Part shown: positions 26,006-38,550 of the stretch, in pieces
How the letters are laid out: each line of letters starts with the position of its first letter
How positions within the stretch are numbered: the stretch's first letter is position 1
Origin: Octopus sinensis
Lineage: Eukaryota
Assembly (NCBI RefSeq): GCF_006345805.1
Contig: NC_043014.1
Location: 29,326,001 to 29,390,000, forward strand
Reading direction: 5' to 3'
Length of the DNA: 64,000 bases
Notes under the pieces: generated by a model
What the model was told of the DNA's origin: nothing
The model's database searches: none
The model's input: only the letters and a program-made list of their open reading frames with translations
Position numbers and translations under genes: made by a program

Positions 26006-26290
26006 ATGCATGTGTTTTCTTTTTTTGGGTATCATAGATTTGTTTTGTTCGCTTAATTTCTTCAGCTTAGATTTGAGTCATAATTCCCAATAATCATTTA
26101 TCTCTCAAATGTTTCAGTTACAGGACACCTCTCTGATGGTTTTAGTCGAACGAATGAATCCACAAACATGATATTTATTTTATCAGTCTCTTCCAAACTG
26201 TCAGGTTACAGTAAGATAGACAAATCGACCCAAGTTGTCAAGCGGTGGTGGGGACAAACACAAACGCAAACATATATACACATACACACA

Positions 26291-26355
<65 letters not shown>

Positions 26356-26794
26356 ACACATACACACACACACTTACACATGCACACACTTGCTTTCAGT
26401 CCTTTGTAACCGAATGCACCAGTCTTTCTAAGTACCGGCTGAAGAAGTAATTAGTCTCCGAAACGTCTTACTATTCTAGCATGTTTTCCGCAAGGTAAAT
26501 ATACAGAGATTTTATTAACATGGGTAACTTCAACATTGAATTTTTCGCTTATTTATTTGACAAAGATATGATGATAGTCCCAACTAATTCACAATTAGCT
26601 GTGAGGCACAAGCAGTTGATAATTACCCCAAGTCCAGTAAATACAAATGGCCTGACTAATTTTAGCGTTTATTTCAGCTGCATATATATATGTACATATA
26701 TATAAACACAAGTATGTATGGTATATGTATCTGTATATATATATATATAAATTTTAGTTCATTGATTAAACCTCGCCAAGTTAAATATGTAAAC

Positions 26795-26858
26795 CACCTG
26801 AAGAATGACTGTAACTCGAAAATTTTAAGAATTGAACAGCCATGAAACGATCGTAGTG
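26795..26858 (+). ncRNA. Type-I hammerhead ribozyme motif (PLE-type)
   Basis: cac CTGAAGA atgactgt-(23 nt)-acagccat GAAA cgatcg TA gtg. Helix I 3 bp, helix II 7/8 bp, palindromic helix III ACGATCGT, GUA site at 26853-26855. Confidence 0.75.
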
Positions 26859-27109
26859 TTCTATTAATTATCTTTTTTTATAATTTTGATATATATTTAA
26901 ATAATATAAATTAATTAATCTTATGTATTGGCTTAAGTTTTTCATTGTATGATTTGCCTAATAGTGGTTTTATCTCTAATTTAATATAATATATATATAT
27001 ATATATATATACATATATCCAGAAGTGTACATATATATAAACACAAGTATGTATGGTATATGTATCTGTATATATATATATAATATATATATTATATATA
27101 TATATATAT

Positions 27110-27155
<46 letters not shown>

Positions 27156-27852
27156 ATTATATATATATATATATACATATATAGAATCTTAAAATTATTT
27201 CTAAACTTACTACTTAATATACATCACCGTCAAAACTCTGACTTGTATGCGTTTATATATGCATGTACACTTCTGGATTTTGCTATGATGTAAATCAATA
27301 TTTTTCATTTTATATGCATTTGCTGATCTATAATGTTTTGCATTGTACTGTATTATTATTGTTGTTATTGTTGTTATGTTGCTATTTCACTATATTATGC
27401 TGTTGATGTATTCTATCTAATTTTTTCCACCTAATATGTACTGTGAACCGCGTGATGCACATATTGTTTTACTGGTATTATTATTATTATTAATAATAAT
27501 AATAATATTAATAGTGATAATAGTGATGGTAATAGTAATGATAATAATGGTAATATTAATGGCATTTTTTAACTTAATATAATGAACTCTTGACTTTGTA
27601 TATGTACATTTGCATATGGATATGTGTATGTTTGTTTATTGTAATATTCTAATATATTGATTTGACTAACTGTAACCTTGTATATATGTATGTATATTAT
27701 TATATATTATTATGTATATACGTGTATATATATATATATAGGAGCATAGGTATATACACTTATATGTATGTGTATATTATATATTATGTGTATGTACCCA
27801 TTCTTGTATGGGTCTACGTTCTCTGATATTCATATTTAGATTGTATTTTATA

Positions 27853-27979
27853 ATCTCTGAAGAGGCCTTGGGATATATTTGTAAGTGTCTCATTTATAAC
27901 CACATATTAACTTATCACACCTGGCTAATATGAGCATAATGATATACTCATATCTACATGGCTGAAACAGCTGTAAGAT
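27853..27979 (+). ncRNA. Type-I hammerhead ribozyme motif with ~92-nt loop II
   Basis: atct CTGAAGA ggcc...ggct GAAA cagctg TA agat; palindromic helix III ACAGCTGT, GUA site at 27973-27975. Confidence 0.72.
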
Positions 27980-28191
27980 GTAGTTTATATTCATATTTAT
28001 ATTTATTTATATTTATTTATACATATTGTACTTATTGTATCATATTACTCATTGATGTGCATTGTTTTGTGCTGTACTATTATGTTTGACCTTAATGTTC
28101 ATATGTAGTTAGTTAATAAATTATGTGATTGGGTATTATCTGGTAGTTGATTATTGATTAAGTTGTATTTCTCCATTTTCATATTTTGTAT

Positions 28192-28234
<43 letters not shown>

Positions 28235-28243
28235 ACACATATA

Positions 28244-28276
<33 letters not shown>

Positions 28277-29539
28277 TTGTATGTATGTATATACACACAC
28301 ACATATATATATATATATACATATATACACACATACACACTCACACACACATGTATATATCTTGAAGAATGAAGGAAATATTCGCATGAACATCTGCATG
28401 AAAACATAGCTAATATATTTGCTAGAAATATATATATAATGCTAGAAATATCAATTAACTAACTAAAATTACACCTTTAACGATGAGAACATTAATTTTA
28501 ATTAATAATTTTAATTAAAGAAAATTAATTTAATATAGCATGCAGTGGGGAATGAATCTGCCATTTAGCATTGCGGTGACTACCCTGGACGAAATATGGT
28601 CACAATAGATCTGTTTAATATGGTATCCTCTAACCGTGACTTAGGTCTTAGAATGATTCTCTGTTTGTGTGTGTTTGTGTGGGGGGGGGGGTCTTTGTGC
28701 GTGTTTTCAAATCCGACCGAGGTCCACAGTACCTTTCATCATTTCAGGGTCGGTAAATTAAAAAACTCTGTATGCGTACAGTCTTGTTTCGCTCAAGCCC
28801 TCACATCCTAGTTCTTTAACTGGACAAGGCCCATTCACCCAGCAAATAGGGATGTGCTAATAGCATTGGCTATTTTATTTATAATCAATTACCAGTCAGC
28901 CATCATCATGCAGTGAACTCAATCAATGTTTTACTTGGTTGTGGCAGTTGCAGGATGTCTAGGCCATGGGTCACATTCAAAACGCTTCCCTTCCCCTCCT
29001 AAGTTCAGCTACCCACTTTATCACTGCTGATAAACATGGAGCATCATCCCCTAATGTAACAAGAACGTCCTTGGCGGGCGCGGGTAAACCCTTTATTTTC
29101 AGGTACTCACGAGGTAGAATTTTCCCTATTTTCAAGAGAAGTAGTTACATTTGAAGTCGTTTTTTTTCTTTTTTTTTTTTTGAACACTCAGATGTCAGTT
29201 TATCTGGAAAAAAGTAATGTAGTTATTAATAAAAAAGAGTTGAAATTACAAGATTTCACAGCTCTATGAACTTTTCAGCCAACCTTCTCTAGAATATGAG
29301 ACATAATCTTATAGCAAAAGTTAAGCAGACGTTACATCACAAATATGGCTGATATCACATCCTTCCCGTTTATGTCAACGCTAGCTATACGTTATTGCAA
29401 TACTGAAGTATTATCCTGGTTTATTAATTTCCATATATCCCAGTGTGGAATTGAGTACATTTTAAAATTCTTGTGAGTCGAGAGTCATTGAGCTATCAAT
29501 GCATATGTGCATATCTATATATATGTGTATGTGTGTGTG

Positions 29540-29574
<35 letters not shown>

Positions 29575-29730
29575 GTGAGAAAGAAAGAGATAAATAGTTT
29601 GGTAGATAGGCAGACAGCTAGATCGATCGATCGATCGATAGATAGAGCGATAAAGAGATAGATATGTATGTATGAATGTACGTGTGTGTGAATATATATA
29701 TATATGTTTGTACCTATATGTATGTATATG

Positions 29731-29805
<75 letters not shown>

Positions 29806-30242
29806 CGGGAAGGTTTACGAAAATAAACAAAAGACGAAGGCAGGTGAAGTACAAACAAATAATGTATTAGTATGGCGCTCAGGATAGAAATAAAACAAGC
29901 CTACGTTTCAAGCCTACGCTCTTCGACAGAAAGATACACACAAAAGAAACAAGGAGAGAAACAAGGAGAGAAAAAAATTGCGTGGAGGGGCTAACGATCC
30001 AACATGGCGAGAGCGGAATGAGGATTCGTCCTTTAATTGGAGTAGTTTCCAAATGATTTCTCACGTTGATTCTTCATACTTTACTTTGGATTTTCTGGTG
30101 ATAAATGGTGTAGATATGAAAAGTTATATAAGTATATTAAGTATATGAGTTAAGTTATAGAACGAAGTTCAATAAATTCAGTCATCTTTTCATAAATGGA
30201 GGAAGTTAGATGTTAATGTGGGACAAAATATTTATTCAATTC

Positions 30243-30320
30243 GCTAGACGATCGTTTTGTACAGAAAGACAATAAATTCATTTTAAGAATCTGAGTTGTC
30301 AAAGACTACGCATCAGTAGA
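30243..30320 (-). ncRNA. Mutated hammerhead motif, left arm of the foldback
   Basis: Minus strand: cta CTGATGC gta...tac AAAA cgatcg TC tag; two core substitutions, perfect palindromic helix III. Confidence 0.6.
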
Positions 30321-30499
30321 ACAATAAGAAAAAATGAGAACTTAATAAAGGAAACGGTGGACTTAAGAATTACATGGATATTGTGTCCTTACTGATTTTT
30401 AATGTGTAATTGTTCTAGGAGTCATGTCTATTTAAAATAATACCCATGTAGTTCTTAAGTCTACTGTTTTCTTTATTAAATTGTTATTTTTTCTTATTG

Positions 30500-30579
30500 T
30501 GCTACTGATGAGTTCTCTGTGACAACCGAAATTCTTAAACTGAATTTATTGACTTTCTGTACGAAACGAGCGTCTTGCA
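30500..30579 (+). ncRNA. Type-I hammerhead ribozyme motif, right arm of the foldback
   Basis: tgcta CTGATGA gt...ac GAAA cgagcg TC ttgca; all core nucleotides intact; GUC site at 30572-30574. Confidence 0.75.
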
Positions 30580-30837
30580 AATTGAATAAATATTTTATCC
30601 CATATCAACATCTAATCTCCTCCATTTATGAAAAATACGACTGAATTTGTCGAAGTTCGTCCTATAACTTAAATCATATACGTAATATACTTATATAACT
30701 TTTCATATCTACGCCATTTAACGTCAGCAAATCCAAAGTAAAGTATTAAGAAACAACGTTATATATATATTTATGTATGTATGTATATATATATATCTAT
30801 ATATATATATTTAATATATATATATATATATATAATA

Positions 30838-30891
<54 letters not shown>

Positions 30892-30957
30892 CATATATAT
30901 ATATAGTGAATATGTATGTATGTCTGTCTGTATATGTAATATAAATGTGTGTACGGA

Positions 30958-31040
<83 letters not shown>

Positions 31041-31056
31041 TATATATATATATATA

Positions 31057-31484
31057 TTCTTTTACTTGTTTCAGTCATTTACTGCGGTTATGCTGGAGCA
31101 CCGCCTTTTCGTCGAATTTACTCTTTGAAAGACTGGTACTCATTCTAACAGCCCCTTTTACCGAACCGCCAGGTTACATGGACGTAAACACATCAACATC
31201 GGTTATCAAGCAGGGGGAGAGAAACACAGAAACAAAGACACACACATAGAAATATACATTTATATATCTGTGCGTACGTGTGTGTGTGTGTGTGTGTGTG
31301 CGTGTGTGTGTGTGTGTGTACAACAGGCCTCTTTCAGTTTCCATCTACCAGATCCACTTAAAAGGCTTTGGTCGGCCCGAGGCTATAGTAGAAAACACAT
31401 GCCCAACTTGCTACGCAGTGGGACTGAACCCAGAAGCACGTGGTTGGGAAGGAAGCGTCTTACCACACAACCACGCATGCTCCT
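31057..31484 (-). mobile_element. SINE family B (tRNA head, internal microsatellite, 3' half)
   Basis: Reverse complement of the 61406-61858 pattern. Confidence 0.9.
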
Positions 31485-31949
31485 ATAATTCAGTACATTA
31501 TACTGAATTCTTAAGCGATCTTCGAAGGAAAGCAATCTTTTGAGTGCAAATTTATCCCAAGTCTTTGAGATAGTGGAAAGTTTCACTCGTCCATGGACTA
31601 TGTTCTGATGAGATGATATATTGTAGTTCACACCAGTTGTGAGTGCCATATATATGCTTACATGCATGTTGCATTATCCTGATGGACCTTATTGATATAT
31701 TCGATGTGTTCAAAACCGAAACTTCACCCTGTCACTACCCATCGGTTCTGTTTTAAATATTCTTCAATGAGATATATGTGTTTGTGTGCGCGTTGTGCGT
31801 GAGTGTGTGTATTTATGTATGCACGTATGTATGTGTATACATATACATAGATATATATGTGTATGTAATGCGTATATTTATGCACATGAATAATGTATAC
31901 ATATGTGTGAGTGTGTGTGTGCTTATATATGTATATATATATATATATA

Positions 31950-32323
31950 GGCGCAGGAGTGGCTGTGTGGTAAGTAGCTTGTGTACCAACCACATGGTAC
32001 CGGGTTCAGTCCCACTGCGTGGCACCTTGGGCAAGTGTCTTCTACTATATCTTGTGGGTGGATTTGGTAGACGGAAACTGAAAGAAGCCCGTCATATATA
32101 TGTATATATATATATATATGTGTGCGTGTATGTTTGTGTGTCTGTGTTTGGCCCATCCAACAGCGCTTGACAACCGATGCTGGTGTGTTTATGTCCCCGT
32201 AACTTAGCGGTTCGGCCAAAAGGGACCGATAGAATAAGTACTGGGCTTACAAAGAATAAGTCCGGGGTCGAGTTGCTCGAAAGGGGTGCTCCAGCATGGC
32301 CGCTGTCAAATGACTGAAACAAG
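31950..32323 (+). mobile_element. SINE family B
   Basis: ggcgcaggagtggctgtgtggtaag...gggttcagtcccactgcgtggcaccttgggcaagtgtc...(TA)n...gtcaaatgactgaaac. Confidence 0.93.
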
Positions 32324-32332
32324 CAATATATT

Positions 32333-32375
<43 letters not shown>

Positions 32376-32463
32376 GATTTGTGTGTGTGTGTGTGTAATA
32401 TACGTATCTATATATGTGTGTGTATGTATATGTGCATGAATTTTTATTTAGATAGATATATAA

Positions 32464-32496
<33 letters not shown>

Positions 32497-32707
32497 TCAG
32501 AGTCAGAGAGAGAACGTGAGAGATAATATTATGTCGGATATCAGAGAGTATTTGGAAGCTTTAGAATTATTTTTAGATCACATTTAAGCAAATTTAGTTT
32601 CATAATCCGCTGCGGAAAACGTTCATCTTATTCTATCTTTGCATAATATTACAGCATAATGTACCACATGCTTAATATTTCTTTTTTCCTTCAACATGTG
32701 TGTGTAT

Positions 32708-33105
32708 GTGTGTGGTAAGTAGCTTGCTAACCAACCACATGGTTCCGGGTTCAGTCCCACTGCGTGGCATCTTGGGCAAGTGTCTTCTGCTATAGCCCCG
32801 GGCCGACGACAATGCCTTGTGAGGATTTGGTAGACGGAAACTGAAAGAAGCCTTCGTATATATGTATATATATATGTATGTTGTGTGTTTGTGTGTTGTG
32901 TTTGTCCCCCTAGCATTGCTTGACAACCGATGCTGGTGTGTTTTTACGGTCCCCGTCACCTAGCGGTTCGGCAAAAAGAGGCCGATAGAATAAGTTCTGG
33001 CCTTACAAAGAATAAGTCCTGGGTCGATTTGCTCTGACTAAAGGCGGTGGCTCCAAGCATGGCCACAGTCCAAATGACTGAACAAAGTAAAAGAGTAAAG
33101 AGTAG
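32708..33105 (+). mobile_element. SINE family B
   Basis: Same architecture as 31950-32323. Confidence 0.9.
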
Positions 33106-34090
33106 AGTATTATATATATTATATATATATATATATATCTATATATATATATAGATATATATATATACATACATATACAGACCATGCATTTACATTAACT
33201 GTATACACAAACACCCATTATATATTATATATTATATTATGTTATATTCTATAAATACATATATATTTGTACGTTTCTGTATATATATGATGAATGACCA
33301 AAAATGAGTAAAAAACAAGTTGGACAAGTTGTCGCAAATATGTTATTAGTCTCACGCTGAAAAGAAAAAGAAAAGGATCTATGACGTTTCGGAAATTAGA
33401 TTCCATCATTAGACGAAAAGAAAAGAGGAAAAGTTGGTAGAAGGGGCGGGGGGAATACAGAAGATTGAAGGGAAATTGGTAACGTGAGTTATGCATGTAT
33501 AAGAGAGTATTTGTGTAAGGCGATTGGCATAGAGAGAAGTGTTTAAGTGGTGTCGGGTGTGGTGGTTAGCGGAGTTGAAAAAAGCATGGAGGAGACAGTG
33601 AAGAGAACGCTGTGGTAGGTGAGAGAAGATGAAACACGCACAAGGTTAAGAAAAGGTACAAAATCGAATAAAAGTGGGGAAAAAATAAAAAGGCTCAGGT
33701 AAAATATCGGAAAAAAGAAAGAAAATCAGTTGCGCATGAAAGATTTTGTTAAATAGGTGAAAGGGTAGATGCAGAATGGTTAAGAAATACATATAAAGTT
33801 GGTGAAATGACTATTTCAAGAGGTCTATAGACACACGCACACACAAAAACACGCTCATACATACAAACAAACACACATACATTATACACACACACACAAA
33901 TACACACACACACATACATATAAAAGAGAGAGGAGGGGAAGAGAGAGAGAGAGAGAATATGATGCAAATAAGCAAATAAAACGGCTTTGAAGATGCTTTC
34001 TTGTTCTTTTTACGAAGTGTCCTGTCCATACATATAAAAAATATGTATGCATTTATACTTGGAACTGTAATCAACAGTGAACATTGGATA

Positions 34091-34266
34091 TGTATTATAT
34101 GTGACCATGTTCTGTTGTCAGAAGCAGGATATGTGAATCATATGAAGTCACATGAAAATCGTAATGCCCAGATAGGTAATGAGAGGTAATGCCTCTTTCG
34201 ACTTATGTCATATGTCAAAAAACTTGTAAGACAATATCTGGACTTAAAAGACACATGCTAGTTCAC
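34091..34266 (+). pseudogene. Two C2H2 zinc-finger remnants, probably the C-terminus of an RTE-type LINE
   Basis: CIICDHVLLSEAGYVNHMKSH is an exact C-x2-C-x12-H-x3-H. The second finger CH.[frameshift]..CKTISGLKRHMLVH is broken. No TGEKP linker; the LINE origin is inferred. Confidence 0.65.
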
Positions 34267-34331
34267 AAAGACATTCCTTCAGAATCAGATTTCAAAGGGC
34301 AAGGATGATAGATGGACAACCTAAAGTGGGT

Positions 34332-34395
34332 AATCTAGTACTCGAGTTTCGGACTCTCCTAATACGCTTGTTATCGTAAACTCATCAGCTAGATT
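34332..34395 (-). ncRNA. Hammerhead motif, copy A
   Basis: aatctag CTGATGA g...agtcc GAAA ctcgag TA ctagatt; 7-bp helix I, palindrome ACTCGAGT; an 11-nt deletion damages helix II. Confidence 0.7.
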
Positions 34396-34756
34396 CACCG
34401 AAAGACGAATTTTAAAATATTCGTTACATCAATGCCAGTATTCAGTTGAACGCCTAGCTGTAAACTGAACTGAGATCAGTGAAAAAGTTTTATATAAAAA
34501 TTCTAAATATTATCATTGCAATACAATAGTATTATTTTCCAGCTATATAAAGCACTGTAAAGGTAGAGTAATAAATAGAAAACAGTGGTACAACAAAGCA
34601 CCAATATTTTCTGGAAATAGCAGTCGCTAACCGTACGACGCTATGTAAAGCTTCACTGAATGTATACTGACGAAGATGTGTGCGGGCAACGAATGTAAAC
34701 AATTTTCGTCTAACCTCTAGTAAGAACCCCGGATAGATGGAGAGCCTAGAGTGGAT

Positions 34757-34831
34757 AATCTAGTACTCTCGGTTCGGACTCTCCTAATACGCCGGTTATC
34801 GTAAATTCGGTTAGTCCTCATCAGCTAGATT
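34757..34831 (-). ncRNA. Hammerhead motif, copy B
   Basis: aatctag CTGATGA ggact-(32 nt)-agtcc GAAC cgagag TA ctagatt; perfect helices I and II, three substitutions in GAAA/helix III. Confidence 0.65.
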
Positions 34832-34904
34832 TACCGAAAGTCAATATGTTAAAATATTAGTTATATCTATGCCAGTGTGTGTGTGTGTGTGTGTGTGTGT
34901 ATGT

Positions 34905-35704
<800 letters not shown>

Positions 35705-35716
35705 TAAGTGTGAGAC

Positions 35717-35822
35717 GCTTACAGCACCTCGGTTTCCCAAGCGGTCACCCATCTAAGTACTCACTAGGCTCGACATTGCTTAACTTCGGTGATCGGACGA
35801 GAACCAGTGCTTTCAACGTGGT
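35717..35822 (-). rRNA. 5S rRNA pseudogene, missing ~12 nt at the 5' end
   Basis: accacgttgaaagcactggttctcgtccgatcaccgaagttaagcaatgtcgagcctagtgagtacttagatgggtgaccgcttgggaaaccgaggtgctgtaagc, with recognisable A and C boxes; no oligo-T terminator. Confidence 0.93.
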
Positions 35823-36561
35823 CCCAGATAGCAGATAACAATGGCTTCTGTGAGAAAACATGCTCGTTAAAGAAAAGAAATGTAATTTCGGAACCCTAGG
35901 TTGACAGATCATTCTAGCATCACAGTACATCAAAGTAGGTCTAACAGAACAGTGAAGGCTTTGAACAAAGAAAGGGACTGATTTGCCTACATATGCAGAA
36001 AATATGTAGCGTTGAGCATGGAAAAGCTAAAAGCTTGTATTTAAGAGGGGTCAAAAAACAAGGAACTCGTGAAAGACCCATACTTTTCAAGATTCAAAGA
36101 ACAATACTGAGGTTGTAAAAAAAAATTCTTGGGAGCCATAAAACAGATAACAGTTTCACCAAGATTTAAGAGCTATGAAAGAAAGATTCCGAGTACCCTG
36201 GTCCAGCTCAAAATGTGTCTGAAACGCCGATTTTGTGACTCGTCTGAGTAAATGAACATTATATCATTGATAACGTTTTACCCTTTTGTCACTATTATCT
36301 GATTCTATGAATGTAATTTAATCATAAACATCAGCTTGTGTAAAGTTATGGTTTTTGTCTTATTTTTTTCCAAAGGCAACAATAATGATTTGTAGCCGTT
36401 AAACTTTTTGCTTTTATATACATAGGAATTAGGGGTATAGCATGTCTCCATAACTAGAGCTGATAGAGAAAAAAACTGATGACATATCTAGAAGCAGCAA
36501 ATAAAATTTACTTAAAAACAGATCTAATATCTCAAGCATCAAATCTTGTCATCTCCAATGT
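35823..36561 (+). mobile_element. Decayed DNA transposon remnant, Chapaev3-like
   Basis: NVISEP.VDR, YIKVGLTEQ..KALNKERD*FAYICRKY.ALSMEKLKACI..G...ELVKDPYF, VVKKFLGSHKTDN, [deletion] FHQDLRAMKER; ends ...caatgtg. The family label is from memory of the HIKLGLMKQFVKAL / ERFHQD motifs. Confidence 0.7.
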
Positions 36562-36701
36562 GATATATATTATCAAAAGTTATATAACACACACACACAC
36601 ACACTTGACAGAAGTAAATATACACCCTTATAATTGCCAAAATTTATTTAAATCTGAAATTATGCATTCAAATTATTTATCAACTATTATAATATGAAGA
36701 T

Positions 36702-37650
36702 CTAATATTTAGTGGACATGCCCTATTAAGCATGCTATTAGGACCCTATTAGGCATACTACTGGTCGGATGATGAATATTCTCTTGGGGAATTTCTTGCC
36801 AAGTTTCATGCAGTAATCTCAAAAGACCTGGTTTTGAAGATGCTTTCTTGTTCTTTTTACGAAGTGTCCTGTCCATTATGCCCAGGTGTGTTCAATAGGG
36901 TTCATATCTGGTAACTGACTTACCACTTTCTTCCAACCAATTTTGGATATTTTTCACCGTGTGACAAAGAGCCACAAAAAAAAAGAGCTTTAATCATTTC
37001 ACCACTGGAGAAGATTGGAGGGAGTCCTTTCTGCAATGTGGACAAATATTTATCTGATTTTATGCTTCCCTCACACTCCACCAGTTCTGATCAACCATTG
37101 CTCTAAATTACTCTCTTGGCCATCAAAGAATAGCTTCCGTGTTTCGTTGTTGGCTGCAATCTTTTCACGTCAGAAAATACAGCAAATCTGGACTCATCAG
37201 AGAATATGGGAGTATCCCAAAATGCTAGTGGCCTCTCCACCATCTCATTGGCCTAATCTTTTCTCTGCTGGTCAAAGAAGTTGCTTCTTTCTTGCTGCTC
37301 TGCCATAGTAACCAAGTTTGTGGAAAATACCTGAAAACTGTTCTGGAACTGACATCAACTTGTTCTATGTGAGAGGCCTTGCAACGAGGATATCCTCCAT
37401 ATTTCTTTTAACAAAGTGAAGAGTCCTATCAGAAGGCTCCGATCGACTTGTACGAGGTGATGTGGACATCTTCCCCTCTCTGGTGAATTACACAATCACA
37501 CTATTAACAGTAGAAAGCGGGATCCCAAGGTTTCCTCCGACTTTACACTGGCTAAGTCCACATTCAGACTGACGCACAACACAGCCTCCTTGAAATTTTG
37601 ACAATTACAAGGCTTTTTTTGTACGGGATTAAACAGTCACATATAGAACC
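36702..37650 (-). mobile_element. Decayed Tc1-family transposase
   Basis: HTH region [66 protein letters not shown] (stop at 36702-36704). Confidence 0.9.
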
Positions 37651-37834
37651 TGAAACATAAAAATGCTAATAAATAGAAAATATAAACCTTTTCAAGTAAA
37701 AATAAACATAAAACGATGGCGTGTCAATTTACCTCTGTCATGTCTATGTATGTATTACATGTGTGTATGTGTATGTGTGAGTGTGTGTGTATGAATAGAT
37801 GGATAGATAATCTTTTATATATGTATATCTGATT

Positions 37835-37868
<34 letters not shown>

Positions 37869-38469
37869 TATGCGCGCGCATGCTATTTGTTAAAATTTTC
37901 CAGGGCTGCTTTGTGCGTGAAAAGCATATATAATACTTTCATACACGCACTCAGACACACACACACACACTCACAGTCACAGATACACTCACACACACAC
38001 ACGCACACACACAGTTGCACATACCCTCACCCCCTTTTCTCCCTATACGCCTACTAACACAAAAGCCGAGAAAGTGTTGTCTGTGTCTATTACGAACTTG
38101 ATGTCAGCGGATTTTCGGCTGCTGGGTTAATGATGGTAGGTCAAGTTGACCTAACTGATTATTCACCTATTCCACCCCGCACTGCTCCAAAACACCCCAA
38201 GTCTCCATCATACCGCCCACTCCGCTCACCTCCAACACAAACTACCTTTGCCATTGTCAAAGTCAAACAGTTGCAAGAGGTGCTTGGAGTGGAGTGTCCG
38301 TTAGAATGCTTGTTGGAGTTGAAGTCGGCTGTCCACTCGAGTGCTTGGCTAGAGTTAGTGCTAACGGATTGTCGTCTGTTGTTGTCGTTTTTGCCTTTGT
38401 CGTTGTTGTTGTTATTAATATTGTTGTTGTTATTAATATTATTGTGCTGTTATTATTATTCTTCCTAAT

Positions 38470-38519
38470 GTTATGGCTGCTGTGTTTGATTTTTTATATT
38501 ATGGCGACGGCGCCCATTC

Positions 38520-38550
<31 letters not shown>

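Larger units (their letters stand above)
30064..30758. mobile_element. ~700-bp foldback (arms 30064-30382 and 30439-30758, 56-nt spacer), PLE pLTR-like
   Basis: Arms are colinear reverse complements (about 20 mismatches in the outer ~180 bp by eye); each arm carries a hammerhead motif. Confidence 0.9.
34307..34876 (-). mobile_element. Retrozyme-like unit: two direct repeats (34307-34439, 34732-34876), each with a hammerhead, around ~290 nt of non-coding DNA
   Basis: Repeats offset by 425 nt; hammerhead motifs at 34332-34395 and 34757-34831 on the minus strand. Confidence 0.75.

Noticed and set aside
34001-34189. C2H2 ORF as a member of the cephalopod C2H2-ZNF gene expansion
   Set aside because: No TGEKP linker, the second finger is frameshifted, and the ORF's ATG lies in an orphan Tc1 fragment; a LINE C-terminal relic fits better.
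38130-38468. 112-aa ORF in relatively GC-rich unique sequence
   Set aside because: No recognisable domain, its 3' third is a (GTT/ATT)n tract, and there is no splice support.
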